From NCBI GenBank assembly GCA_977018835.1, contig OZ361260.1, positions 744,001 to 808,000 of the forward strand: 64,000 nucleotides of DNA, in the 5' to 3' direction. Position 1 is the first letter of the stretch; each line of letters opens with the position of its first letter. The translations under genes and the position numbers were made by a program. The notes below the pieces were generated by a model. The model ran no database searches. It saw only the letters and a list, made by a program, of their open reading frames with translations, and was not told the origin of the DNA. Below, one piece after another: positions 9,184 to 21,222 of this stretch. The DNA is from Minutocellus sp. GHC0000111. Taxonomy: Eukaryota.

Positions 9184-11703
9184 ATGCGAGCTTTAGTTGC
9201 GTGCTACACGCTGTTCATTTATCTGCAGTCAGCTCTGGACGCCGATGGAAGCAGCTCTCCCGGAAGCAGCCTTCCTGGTCCTCGCGTGCAATGCATCCCA
9301 GAAGACCAGAAAGATCTTGTACAATCATCAGACCTAACAGCATCATCATCTTGCTCTTCTTACAACCTTGTGGCAGCTAATGGCGATATCTTACTTAGAT
9401 CTGCTAAGGTTTCGTTGGCAGTATGTGTCAATAACCAATGGGCGACCGAATCGAATGGCGGCCTGGCCCAGCTATCATCTTTGATCAGCGGCTCGTCTTT
9501 TCGGGCAACCTACAATGTGACACCAACGAACCAATCATTCACCATCCGAGTTGCTGCACATCCTTCGTCCTCATCGGTTATATTTTCGTCGATATTTCAT
9601 AGTGGCCTGAGCAATACATCGGGCTGTACAAATCCCATTACAGATCCAGATGGAGAGAACGGTGTGATACTATCAGGTTGGCCTTCCTTTCGTTATCCAT
9701 CAACTACGTATTCGGATCATATCCATAGCAGTTTATCGTGGAGAGGAACGTTCATATCGCCGATGACAGGCCAACTATCGACTGGCCCAAAGGGCGGTCC
9801 TGTCTTGCTGTTTGGAGATGCGCATGCCGTCATCGGTTCACCCCTTGGCGAATACGGGTCGTGGTCGGCGGGTCCAGGAGCTTCTCATGATGGACGGATC
9901 ACAGACGTGTTCACTCCTGGTATAAGAGGTACTATTGAACATGTTCCACCTGGATTTGTCAGTTCGACCATTTTCTTTGTCAATTCTTCGCCTGAACCTA
10001 GCGGATCAGTTGTGAGCATTACAGACAGCATGTACAAATGGGGATCCATAATGCGAAGGTATCACAACTCATCATTCGCAACCGAGATGAACGACGTGAC
10101 ATTGCAAAAGATTGGATATCAGACTGATAATGGAGCCTACTTTTGCTTTTGTAAGGGCAATTGTTCTCATGCGCTGCTAGCAAAGGTCGATGAATTGCGA
10201 CAATTGCAAGTTCATATGGGATATCTTAGCTTTCAAGGGGTCGGTGCGTCTGTGGGACATGATGGTGCGCCTTGGTGTGTTTCGAGGTGGGGCGCAGACG
10301 GTGGGCTTGGACCAAACTATCCGCTACCACTGGGTCAATTTCATCAGGCTCTTGGATTACCTCTGCAGTTCTATGCCCCATATTTTTGTTTCGGAAGTAC
10401 CTACTTCAATAAAACCTCGTCCAATGGCGCTCTTGTTTGGCCGGGAGTCCGAAGCAATTCGAGCTTGCCAGGGTGTGAGGGGTATGACTTTTGGGATATC
10501 AACCCTTCCATGTCAGAGGTATTTTATGACTGGCTATTTTCTACAGGCAAGTCGGTCGGGATGGTTTCGTATGAACCTGATTTTATGAATCAGAATCGAA
10601 ATTGCATGCCGGTATTTCGGCGGACTTTGGATGGTGCTACGACGTGGCAGAGGGGAATGAACAAAGCGGCTTCTAGATCAAATACTGCAATACAGTGGTG
10701 CATGGCGACCCCAATCGATGTGCTGACAAGTCTTGAGTTTGACTATGTGACAAACTTTAGAGTATCAACAGATTACTGCTATGGCGAGTCCTGGAGAATA
10801 GGTATTTCATCCCTTCTTGTGAGTGCGCTTGGGAAAGCACCGTCGAAGGACACTCTTTGGACAACTCCCAACAATCGAACCGAGATCCCTGGTTGTCCTT
10901 GGACCACCGACCATGAAGCGGCAGGGGCAGCATTGCATGTCACTTTGGCTCTTTTCAGTACTGGACCAGTGGGCATTTCGGATGGCCCTGGCTTTACCGA
11001 CGGTGAATTGATTCGAAGAACAATTTCAGCCGATGGGAACCTACTGCAGCCGTCCAGACCGGCAACCCTCGTTGACTCGTTGATACGGGCTCGCTGTTCC
11101 AGCGGCAAACACGATGCCAACTCGGATTCGGAGATTTTAGTTTCACACTCATCCTCAAACGAAGATGTTGGTTTATTGAATAGAGCTTGGTACCTCATTT
11201 CGTTTCGGGTGCTCAATAATGTGACCTTGAGTAGATCCGATCTATATCCATCTGCCCCCGCTAAAGCGTTGCTCTTTTGGCGACATTTTGATGGCGGTGC
11301 TAGTTGCAAGGACGGGCAAAATGCTGTAGATAGTGGCTGCATCGTTCAATCCTCTGCCGATGGCATCCCCATTCCAGCGAGTGATTTCAGTAATACAACA
11401 ATGGGAACTGAATTTGGACATGTTATTACAACATTATATCCGTTGCACTGTGAGTCGGGCTGGCTTGCATTGGGTGAATTGGCAAAGCTCGTTCCTTTAT
11501 CAACCAATCGATTCCCAGAGATTCAATGCACTCAAATGGGCATTCGTTTCACAGTACGTGGCTCTCCTGGGGAAAGCATTGATGTCACTGTAGTTGATGC
11601 GGGTTGCATCGTTCGAACCAAGAGTGTGCAGTTTTTCCAAGATCTTTTCCGGCAGACCATTTCTTTTGGAGCTGATGGGTTTACACCGAAGCTGATTTCT
11701 TAG
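9184..11703 (+). CDS. Secreted putative glycoside hydrolase, GH36/Sip1(raffinose synthase)-like C-terminal part
   Basis: 839-aa intronless ORF with signal peptide; STGPVGISDGPGFTDGELIRRTISADGNLLQPSRP resembles the GGPVYVSD..G.HDF.LL...V..DG..LR motif of Sip1/GH36. Confidence 0.55.
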   Translation: MRALVACYTLFIYLQSALDADGSSSPGSSLPGPRVQCIPEDQKDLVQSSDLTASSSCSSYNLVAANGDILLRSAKVSLAVCVNNQWATESNGGLAQLSSLISGSSFRATYNVTPTNQSFTIRVAAHPSSSSVIFSSIFHSGLSNTSGCTNPITDPDGENGVILSGWPSFRYPSTTYSDHIHSSLSWRGTFISPMTGQLSTGPKGGPVLLFGDAHAVIGSPLGEYGSWSAGPGASHDGRITDVFTPGIRGTIEHVPPGFVSSTIFFVNSSPEPSGSVVSITDSMYKWGSIMRRYHNSSFATEMNDVTLQKIGYQTDNGAYFCFCKGNCSHALLAKVDELRQLQVHMGYLSFQGVGASVGHDGAPWCVSRWGADGGLGPNYPLPLGQFHQALGLPLQFYAPYFCFGSTYFNKTSSNGALVWPGVRSNSSLPGCEGYDFWDINPSMSEVFYDWLFSTGKSVGMVSYEPDFMNQNRNCMPVFRRTLDGATTWQRGMNKAASRSNTAIQWCMATPIDVLTSLEFDYVTNFRVSTDYCYGESWRIGISSLLVSALGKAPSKDTLWTTPNNRTEIPGCPWTTDHEAAGAALHVTLALFSTGPVGISDGPGFTDGELIRRTISADGNLLQPSRPATLVDSLIRARCSSGKHDANSDSEILVSHSSSNEDVGLLNRAWYLISFRVLNNVTLSRSDLYPSAPAKALLFWRHFDGGASCKDGQNAVDSGCIVQSSADGIPIPASDFSNTTMGTEFGHVITTLYPLHCESGWLALGELAKLVPLSTNRFPEIQCTQMGIRFTVRGSPGESIDVTVVDAGCIVRTKSVQFFQDLFRQTISFGADGFTPKLIS

Positions 11704-11792
11704 CGGAAACGAACATTCAACAAAGGAATATCTTGCCACGAATCTACCTAAACAATTGCTACGTAGTTTTACACCAAAAATGCCACGGTGGT

Positions 11793-14700
11793 CTATACCT
11801 TTCTACTCTTGAGAAACTCAAGATCCGCCGCGTCCTGCTCAGTAATTTCAACTTGATCCGGCTCGAAATCGATACCGCACTCTTCCTCTATGAGACAATT
11901 CTGAAACAAGTACTTGCCTGCCCTTCCAAAATTATATCTCTCGAGAGGATCCTGGCCCGATCCATCGTCAAGAAGTTTTAAGCACTTGGATTTTAGGTCA
12001 AATATCAAAGGAACACCGTTCGGAATCTCCAGGCCAGTAACTTCTTCTTCTGGTATTTCGCATAGTTCCATGAGCAGGCCACGGATCGCGTTTTCGCTGG
12101 AAGATATGAGTACCCGCTTGCCTTGTGCAATCGCTTCCGGATAAATTGCCTCCTTGTAAAAGGGAATTGTTCGCGACATGCAGTCATAAAGGCTTTCCGA
12201 CTTGGGTAGCTTTCTGTGAAGTTGGATCCTATTACCCTCGATACTGCGGATGAGTGATTCGCTCACACTATATCGAACGTCGTCCATGTATTTGGTATAC
12301 CGCTCGTCATTTCCAGGGTAATTGGGAGAGAAAGACGAAACTTGTGGAGGTCGCACTTTGTAGCCTCTCCTCCAAGCCTTGAATTGCTCTTCTCCATGTT
12401 TCTGTGCGACCATCATTTTACTGAGGCCGGTCAAAGAACCATACTGCGATAAGAAGAAGAGAAACGGATAATGGTGAGGGATGCATCCCCGATGACAGTC
12501 CTCTTCTGTAAACGCACAATATTTTTAGATAGGAATCTGAGCCACTTACCATTCGTTCATTGAGTCGCCAGGATTTAATTACTGGTAACCAGAGAGTGCC
12601 CATCTCATCGAGCACATAGAGCGCTGTATCGATTGCTCTCGATAGCCAAGAAACATAAACAACGTCAAATTCAAAGCCGTACTCCCGTAGCAAACGCCCC
12701 GCCTCCTTGGCTTCCTGGACGCCTTCTTCCGCAAGAGGCACGTCCTCCCAGCCAGTGAATAAGCCCAATTTATTGTGCTCGGTCTTTCCGTGCCTAATTA
12801 TGACAATCGTTGAAGGGCTCTGGCTCTTATTTTTTTGCACAAGTGGCCCATTCGACGTTTGGCACACTGGAGAATCCGCTGATTTGATTATGGTTGGCGT
12901 AACCTTTTCGATGATCATGCTGCTATCCTCGCCATCCTCACCATCATCAAGAATGGCAGTGCCATTGGGATGGAATGTGGGGAAATCTGGGTCAAATTGC
13001 TCTGCCTCCTCGAGTTTTTGCAATCCTTCAGACCAAACCTCGCTCTCGTCCTTCCAAGCGATACCTTTGCCCATGTTACCATCACTTCCATCATCCTCCT
13101 CGATTTCTTGTTGATCAACAAACTGCCCTGCCCACGCCCCTAGCTGCCGTTCGGCATTTAGTTTGTTCAGTGCCCGTTCTTTGACGCTCATTGGAATTTT
13201 CGGCCGGGTCATGGTCACGTTGTAACCTGGAACATTCGACGACCATTCTTCTTCGCGCTCAAGAGCTTTCTTCAATAACCCAGGCTTTTCCAAGAATAAG
13301 CCACTCATGTGCTCCTGCCGGAGACCTTGCGGTGGAGACACTGGATTCATATCTCTATCGAATCTGTAAACAATTGGGATTCCGGCTATTTGTTTGAAAG
13401 ATGGAAAGGAACAAAGATGAATGTGAGGGTGAGTGAAACTTACTAGTAGTTCAAAAACGGGATATTTTCTTCGTGTTGACCATACTCACTGGGAATCGCA
13501 ACTTCCTGGATCTCATCGTCACCAATTCCGTCAATAATTTTGACAACCCCTCTAAGAGTATTTGCGTGTGCAACCACAAGCACATTCCTCCCTCGCTGGA
13601 GCTGCTGACTGATCTTAGTCTCCCATATTGGCACCGTGCGCTCCATGCAGTTCAATAGAGATTCAGTGAGCGGGATGTCTTCGGTCGGCAAATCAGCATA
13701 ACGCCGCTCTTGGCCCGGCCAGTACTCGTCTCCCGGCATCAAAGCTGGAGGGCGTGTGCGCAAGCTGCCACGCCATTCCTGAACCAGCTCCGTACCGAGC
13801 TGCTCGGCCGTATCGGCCTTGCACAGACCCTGCAATGCACCGTAGTGCCGTTCATTGAGACGCCAACTCTTGAACACAGGCAGGTACACCTGATTCAACT
13901 CTTGGAGTAGCACCCACGTCGAGCGGATGGCCCGAGTGAGACGGCTGGTGAAGATCATATCGATGTCATATCCGCCCTCCAGCAGCAAACGCGCGGCATA
14001 TTCAACTTCACGGTAGCCCTGGGGTGACAAATCTGGGTCGGCCCACCCCGTGAAGGTCTGTGGAAGGGTAAGGATAAACATTGTTGAGAAGCCCATTGCC
14101 AATATCACGAAAATAGAGAATGCGTCATGAATAGTTGAAAAACATTGCCGCAGAAAACACAAAAAACCATAATAATAGCAATATGACATGTATCTCACCT
14201 TGTTGGCATTCCACTGACTCTCCCCGTGCCGGACCAGTATGAGCTGACCCGGCTCCACCGGCCGTTCGTTCCGCCGAAATACGAACTTGCCCAACCTCTT
14301 CCACCGGGGTTCGTAGTTGTGATAGTACGCGTTGCCATCATGCCGGAGCCAATGCCGGGCCTTGTTCTGCCTGGTACCATACATGAGGTCATATCCGTCT
14401 TCGTCTTCCATCTTTGTACCTCCATCACTCTCCGTGCTTTCGTTGCTGCGACCACGGAGCTTGTTGAAGATCGCCGCCACCCTCCCGGTTACGGTTGCCG
14501 GCCGTGGCCGCCTCCTCTTCCTCTTGTTCATCTGCCGGCGCAGTTCCCTCGTCCGCTTCTGCTTCTGCTTGGCATACGACAGCGTTCGGCTGTACGGCGT
14601 GGACGTAAAGTATCCCGACTGCTCCTGCGCACCGGTCCGTTCGGTGTCGAGACCGAGCAGGCCCGGCCCTCCTGGGAATATTTGGGTGGACGTGTCGGCC

Positions 14701-14978
14701 CGAGTCCAGTCTACCGCAGGTTCTGATTCGTCCGAGGCGGTGGCGCTGGTGTTGGTAGAGGCTGTAGCGTCTGAAGATTGCGCGAGACGGGTACTAGTAC
14801 GCGCACTGGTACTGGTCTTGATGGAACCACCACCAGCAGGAATGATGCGGCTGCCACTCTGCTTCTTGCTGCTACCGAGCACCGTCGATTGGAATGCGTG
14901 GCATGATGATGATGTGCTGCAAATGATGATTAGGTTGACCAGGACCACCGCCCCCCGCAGGGCGTGCCTTCTCCCCAT
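11793..14978 (-). CDS. Tandem-domain 2,3-BPG-dependent phosphoglycerate mutase, probably plastid-targeted
   Basis: Two RHG histidine-phosphatase domains (LVRHGESQWN, IIRHGKTEHN, both with WRLNER). Introns 14058-14198, 13386-13489 and 12444-12549 restore the frame. Signal peptide ends SCHA-F. Start codon uncertain. Confidence 0.9.
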
Positions 14979-15301
14979 GATGCCAGGCTGCGTAGCCGCT
15001 ATTGTCGCGTCTCCTTTCATGCTGAGCATCGGGCGATCACGCTGGCTGGCCCGTCGTTCGTCGTTCCATGTTTGCCTCGAAAAAGTACAGGAGCGCCTGT
15101 TCCGATAGCCAAATGGCAGGGGGCGGCAAGCCTGGCCATTTTTCAAGGCATGGCAGGGGATTGCCGCCGCGCCTGCTAGGGTCCTAGTACATAGCGTCAT
15201 AGCCACGTTTCACTTCCTGCATTGCAGTATTGATAGCCATCGGTACGAGGTGTATTCGGCCGCTCTGCGTGTTGATCAGCAAATAATATTACATCAATAA
15301 A

Positions 15302-18189
15302 ATGAGCTCTGCCGCCGCTGCCTCCTCATCGGCCTCTGCGTCGGCCCTGTACGAGGCCGTCCGCCTCCGCCATCAGCGTCTGCTCGATGCGCACGCCCAT
15401 GCAAGTAGCGACAGCAGCACCGGAGACGACGACGAAAATGAAGCCGAGGCGTCATCCATGGCCGCCGCCGGTCGGATGATCGCCAGCCGGGCGTCCGTGG
15501 CGTCGGTCCTCTGCCGGGCCATTGCCGCCAATGCCTCCTCTGCCTCTGCAGGTAGAAATGATGCCAAGGATGATGACGATGATAACATGGAAGAGGAGCA
15601 GCAGCACCAAGAGGCCCAAGCCGACGTTCGACATCTCATGGCCCTGCTCGAGACCACCCTCCCCTGCAACGACGCGGCGATCGCTCCAGGAGAGATCGAT
15701 GCGCTGGCCCGATTGGCGGCCAGGTCCAACAGGGACCATCCCGTCGTCGTCCACAATGCGACTTCCACTGCGAATGGAACGTCTCGATCGGCACCGGCGC
15801 TGCCATCATCGGGTGGTGGGGCTACTGCCAATGACTTCTTTGCCGAATATCCCGACTGTATTCGGGCGGATTATTCGGAGGACGACGACTACAGTTGCAG
15901 CAGTAGTAGCAGCAGTTCGGTCAGTGATGGTGAGGAGGAAGGGGTGGAGAATGAGGAGGGTAGGAAGAAGGGGATGATGATGAAGGTGGAGAGTAGTAAT
16001 TGTAACGACGACGATGAGATGCACGTCCAAACGACGCGGCCGTCACCACCTCAGCGACCGCAGCAGCAGCCAGCGAACTCATATCAGCAGCAGCAGCAGC
16101 AGAACTCAACTCCGTCGGCATCATCATCGCAGCCTCATCTCAACCCATACCTGTAAGGTGGGGGCGGTACCGGTAGTCAGGGATCCAACGGACTCGGGAG
16201 CAACCATGCAAGTCCGCACGACGCCAACAATCCCATCAATAGCGCCAATGCACCTCTGCCTTCTGTCTCGGCAATGCCACCGGCACAGTCCAATATGTCC
16301 ATGGCCAAGGGCTGGAACGACTACGAGCCACCGGCGAGGGCGCCCAACGGGTACAGGCACAATGGAGGCGGAGGAAGTGTTGGTCCTGGCGCTTCAGGAG
16401 CAATCAACTCTGGGGGCGGAGGGAGCAGCGGCAGCAAGGCCAACCCCTTCCAAACGGCACGGGAGTTTGCCGGTACCAGCGCAGGGAGCGATTGTGGTGG
16501 GGACTACCACAACAACAATCACAACGGAGATGACGGCCATGGACCTGCAAGCGGTATCAACAACAGCAGCAACGGTCGCAATCATTCTTCATATGGAACC
16601 AACCCGTATGGTGGTGGTGGTGGTGGAAATCCCTACGGCAACAACCCGTATCAGACCAATGCCAATGGACCGGCGAACCAATCTGCCTCATCGACGAACC
16701 AACTGCCGTCGACGTCGACGCTGAATCGGCCGGAAATATCGGCCGGACTCAAGCGCAAGTTCCAACCACCGAAGCGGACCGGTGGGGCAGGTGGCGGTGT
16801 GGGGAAGGACACCAAGATGGTGGGCCGCAAGGTCTACGGTGGTGGCAACAATAACGGCAACAACCGTGGTAGCGGCGGCGGTAGTGGTGGGACGGTGGCT
16901 CGTCCGTCCTCGTCTGGTGGCAGGGCCGGTGGCGGTGGCAATCAGGAAGAGGAGGAGGAATTGCCCGAAGAGCTTCAGGGTCTGGACAAGGAGCTGGTCA
17001 ACAAGATTATGAACGAGATTGTGGACAACGGCGAGTCCGTCACCTTCGATGACATTGCAGGTCTGGCCGATGCCAAGCGGACCATTATGGAGCTGGTGTG
17101 CTGGCCGATGAAGCGTCCCGATCTGTTCACCGGACTTCGTCGCGGACCAAATGGGTTGCTCCTTTTTGGACCACCTGTAAGTCCGACTAAGTGCCGAGCC
17201 GGTAGCAACTAGATTCTAGTACTTGGTTGGGGTCATGTGGGCCAGAAATTGAAGTGTGTTTGTTTTGTTGTTCAACTAATCTTTGTTTCTACCTACCTTA
17301 CTCTTACGCACCCTGCAGGGAACCGGAAAGACTTTGATTGGGAAAGCCATTGCGCACGAATCGGGGGCTTGTTTCTTCTCCATCTCGAGCTCATCACTCA
17401 CTTCCAAATGGATCGGCGAGGGCGAGAAGCTCGTCCGAACCTTGTTTGCCGTCGCCGCCTACCGGGAGCCGGCCGTGGTATTCATCGATGAGATCGATTC
17501 GCTTCTGACCGCTCGCAAGGCCGATGAGAACGAGGCTAGTCGACGGATCAAGACCGAGTTCCTAGTTCAGTTGGATGGTACCGGTACCTCTGGTCAGGGC
17601 CGGTTGCTCTGTATTGGTGAGTTTTCATTTAACAACTTCTTTGAGCTTTTTGTTGTATGATCTACTACAAAGCTAGAGCCTACCTAGTCTAGAGACTGGA
17701 TCATACCCTGATGTTTTCCTCCCTGCCTTTCTTTCATTTCTGTCATTCATCTCAGGCGCAACCAACAGACCACATGAGCTGGATGATGCCGCCCGTCGAC
17801 GTTTCGTCAAGAGACTGTACATACCTCTCCCAGAACAATCCGATAGGGAGATTCTCCTTCGCACCCTCCTCAAGAAGAACACCCATAGCCTCACCGACGA
17901 GGAAATTACCAAGCTTTCATCTGCCACCCACGGCTACAGTGGAGCTGATCTCAAGGCTCTCTGCAACGATGCCTCGATGGGTCCCATCCGTGATCTCGGC
18001 GCCCGCGCCATGGAAATTGCCGCCGAAGATGTCCCACCCATTTCCTACAAGCACTTTCGCAGGTCCCTCAAGGGTATGAATCCAAGCGTTTCGGAAGAGG
18101 ATTTGGACGACTACATCAAATTCAATGATACGTACGGCAACAAGCACCGGGAGGACAACGACGACGACGATGATGACGATAGCGATTGA
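15302..18189 (+). CDS. FIGNL1: Fidgetin-like 1 / spastin-family AAA+ ATPase, with in-frame TAA at 16154-16156
   Basis: [17 protein letters not shown] (intron 17177-17318), [25 protein letters not shown] (intron 17617-17755), [13 protein letters not shown]; long low-complexity N-terminus. Confidence 0.85.
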
Positions 18190-18730
18190 GCTGGAAATGT
18201 TGGAAAATGGGAAATGGTTGATATTCTTGTAATAAACATGTGTGGTCTTCAGCTGATATCATGCATGTTGCATATACGCATGACAACATAGGTTTAAAAC
18301 CTTGCTAGAGAAAATTACCGGTAGGGTATGAGCTGGGCATTGCATAAAAGTCTAGCTACGCTAGCTAGCTACTACGTAGCTAGCTAGACTACTTCATATT
18401 CAAACACTTTGTGAAGATTTGTTCCCGTGATACAATGAGAAGCAGCGTACATACATACATGATCTCACGAGTGGCCTTAGGTTACTAATCTAGTATTGTT
18501 ACGTATTTTTACATTCTTATTCATACAAATTCATGGGAGGTTTGTGCACGGTAGCCTGGGTGGCGCCATAGAAAATTGCGTGGTCAATTCATTGATTCTT
18601 TCTCGAACTCATCCATCGTCTTCACTTCAACATGTGAAAGGTTCGAAGAAGCGGTGGTATGTTCTCACAATTTACAGCTGTACCAATTGGTAGCAGAATA
18701 CAAAAGGTTGCTGCCTCTACCTGGTTGGTG

Positions 18731-19012
18731 TCATTGAAGTCCCAGCGCCGAGGGCTGGATGTAGTGAACGGCAACGGTACGGTCGACCCAGTGGATGTTG
18801 GGGTCGTTGGCCAGATCGTCGAGGTCCTTCCTGGTGAGGGTGACGTTGACGATGCTGGTCAAGGATCCAAAGTCATGATGAAGGGAGAGGCTTCGAGACA
18901 GGACGGCGTTCCGGCCATCATCGTTCCTGTACTTGACATTCACGACGGCCACGTCGACGGTGCCCTCCGAGCTGGCCGACATGCTCGACGAGGAGCTGTC
19001 TTGTCTTCGCAT
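18731..19012 (-). CDS. Small protein with subtilisin-propeptide (inhibitor I9)-like domain
   Basis: VNVKYRNDDGRNAVL...HHDFGSLTSIVNVTL...LDDLANDPNIHWVD..VAVH matches the I9 pattern (L..dP.V.yVE.D..V); paralogous to 19244-19648. Confidence 0.6.
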   Translation of the reverse strand: MRRQDSSSSSMSASSEGTVDVAVVNVKYRNDDGRNAVLSRSLSLHHDFGSLTSIVNVTLTRKDLDDLANDPNIHWVDRTVAVHYIQPSALGLQ

Positions 19013-19243
19013 GCCCTGCTGATGTTCTACGGGCAGTTCTTGGTCTTGTCGATTTTGTCGTTGAGGCGGCGGCTGTTGTTGTTGCTGCTGCTGCACCGAT
19101 GCTCCAAGGTGCCCGATGTCGGGATTTTTATTTTTTCACCACAAACCCAAACTCTGCTCTCCTGACGAACATGACGGTCATGACGCCGACGATGACGATG
19201 TGCAGCACTCTCGGTCGGTCCCACTGACTCTACATGTACCCCC

Positions 19244-19648
19244 ATGACCGCAACTGATACTTCTACTACCGCTAATGCCGGTGCAGCGGCGATGGGGATT
19301 GGGGAGGAGGCCATGGCTTCTTCCGCCTCCTCCACCTCTTGCAGCCGCAGCGGAAGGCCTACCGGTACTTCCGTAGCAGATGTGGGAACTTCCAACAACA
19401 GCAACAGCAACAACAGTCCACCAACCGTCAAGGCCAACGTCAAGTACCGAGGGGAGGAGGGACGGAGGGCGGTCCTGTCGACGTGCCGCGAGGTGCTGTA
19501 CGACTACGGCGTCCTTTGCTCCGTCGTCATCGTCGAGCTCCACTCGGCCGCCGACGTCGACGTCCTCGCGGCGCATCCCGACGTGGCCTGGGTCGACGTC
19601 GATGCGCAGGTTAGCTTCATTGCACCGATGAACACCGGCATGAGGTGA
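19244..19648 (+). CDS. Small protein with subtilisin-propeptide (inhibitor I9)-like domain
   Basis: ANVKYRGEEGRRAVL...LYDYGVLCSVVIVEL...VDVLAAHPDVAWVDVDAQV. Confidence 0.62.
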   Translation: MTATDTSTTANAGAAAMGIGEEAMASSASSTSCSRSGRPTGTSVADVGTSNNSNSNNSPPTVKANVKYRGEEGRRAVLSTCREVLYDYGVLCSVVIVELHSAADVDVLAAHPDVAWVDVDAQVSFIAPMNTGMR

Positions 19649-20539
19649 ACAGCCAGCCAATTAATTGGTTGGCATCAGCAGCGGGTGCGAGCGAGCTCAT
19701 GGACAACCCATCACGGTGCTTGAAGAGCAGATCGGTCCATTCGGCCCATATCCTCCATATTCCGACATCGACCCAAATAAATGGAAACTCGCTCTTTCTG
19801 AATATGAGTGAGTCAGGGCCATCAGACGGGAATTGCCTCAACACTGTAAACAACAGATATGAGTTCGTACATCCCAGCGCTTGCTATCATTGGCTGGCAG
19901 CAGCATCTCGATTCGTTTATCGACAAGAGTATTTGTGGGCTTCCAACACATTTGCCCATACCATTTGTGCGAGCACTTACTTGGCCGAAAGCCGGCAATG
20001 CAATGACAGACAGACTACATGTACTACTTTCCCGGGAGAGAGATTTGGGAGGTGCACAGCCGAAGAAGCAGCAGCTGCTACTACAGCAAATTGCCTGCCC
20101 TGTCTTTGCCGAATCAAGGCTCTAGCCAACTCGCCTCACGCTTCCTTCATCGATGTTGCGCAAATGATCAGTGGGCGCCGCTTGGCGCCATGGCGTGGGC
20201 CCGCCCTGTGCATTCCCTTTCGCCAGCCTACTTGCGAAAAGCAGGCTACAATTGCACTAGCTCCATCCATCGAGTCTAGCTAGCTAGTTCTGCCTTAGCT
20301 ATATATGCAGAACGAGCAATAAACATTATCAAATACCACATTCCTACCTAGCTAGTCTACGTAGTCTAGTTGTCTCCTACGCCGCGCCTTAGTAGTATTC
20401 TAATGTTGAAAGGATGACGCAAATGACGTGCTTATGATGCGATGACATGCAGCAAAGCTAAATAAAGTGGTGCGCTCACTTTTCTCTCAAATTATTAACT
20501 GCTCCGTAGCCCCTGCCTACCTACTATCTAACCGTTACC

Positions 20540-21178
20540 ATGCTACCCCCGTGTCATCATCATCAGCTCTACCAGGCAATGACAAAGATCGTGGCCTACC
20601 TCCTCCTTTGTCTCTCGTTTTTTATCGAGGTTTCGCATGATCCCACTGGGCTGCAGTTTCCATCGTACAACACCATCATTGGGGTTTGGGCGTGCATCAT
20701 CTGTTGCAGGACAGAAGGGAAGGCTTTAGATGATTCTTCGGATGAAACTACATGTACCCTGACAAACGTAAGCACATTCGTTTCTGTAGGAGCGACTTCC
20801 TTGGTTTTTGATGTAGTATTCTCTAGTATGTGGGGTTCTGCTCTCTTGCGAGGTTACAACAATGGTAGTGGCCGCATAACATTGATAACTTTCATCATTG
20901 CAATGGTTGTGAAGGCAATGCTGCTCTTAGCTTGTGTCACGCCCATCGTACTGCAAAACAGATCTGCGAGATGCAGAGAAGTAGGAGAGCCCGGGTCGCT
21001 ATCAGAAAGCCGCTTTGTAGATGTGGAGGCCCCATTCGACGATGGACTATCATCGACAAGGAAGAATGATGCGACCTTGTCTCCGCTGCAGCCTCCGCCG
21101 TTCTCCCCTGGCTTACCAGGTCTTATCTCGCCAGCTCCTGCAAACCTAAGCAATAGAAGAATCATTGAGACACCATAA
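20540..21178 (+). CDS. Hypothetical membrane protein (about 4 TM helices, Pro-rich tail)
   Basis: 212-aa ORF with alternating hydrophobic segments. Confidence 0.6.
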   Translation: MLPPCHHHQLYQAMTKIVAYLLLCLSFFIEVSHDPTGLQFPSYNTIIGVWACIICCRTEGKALDDSSDETTCTLTNVSTFVSVGATSLVFDVVFSSMWGSALLRGYNNGSGRITLITFIIAMVVKAMLLLACVTPIVLQNRSARCREVGEPGSLSESRFVDVEAPFDDGLSSTRKNDATLSPLQPPPFSPGLPGLISPAPANLSNRRIIETP

Positions 21179-21222
21179 AATAGAGATATACTATCTAATC
21201 TTTGGCTTTTCATTTAAATAAA

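Noticed and set aside
19645..20283. 212-aa plus-strand ORF
   Set aside because: No recognisable motif or codon bias; probably spurious or UTR.
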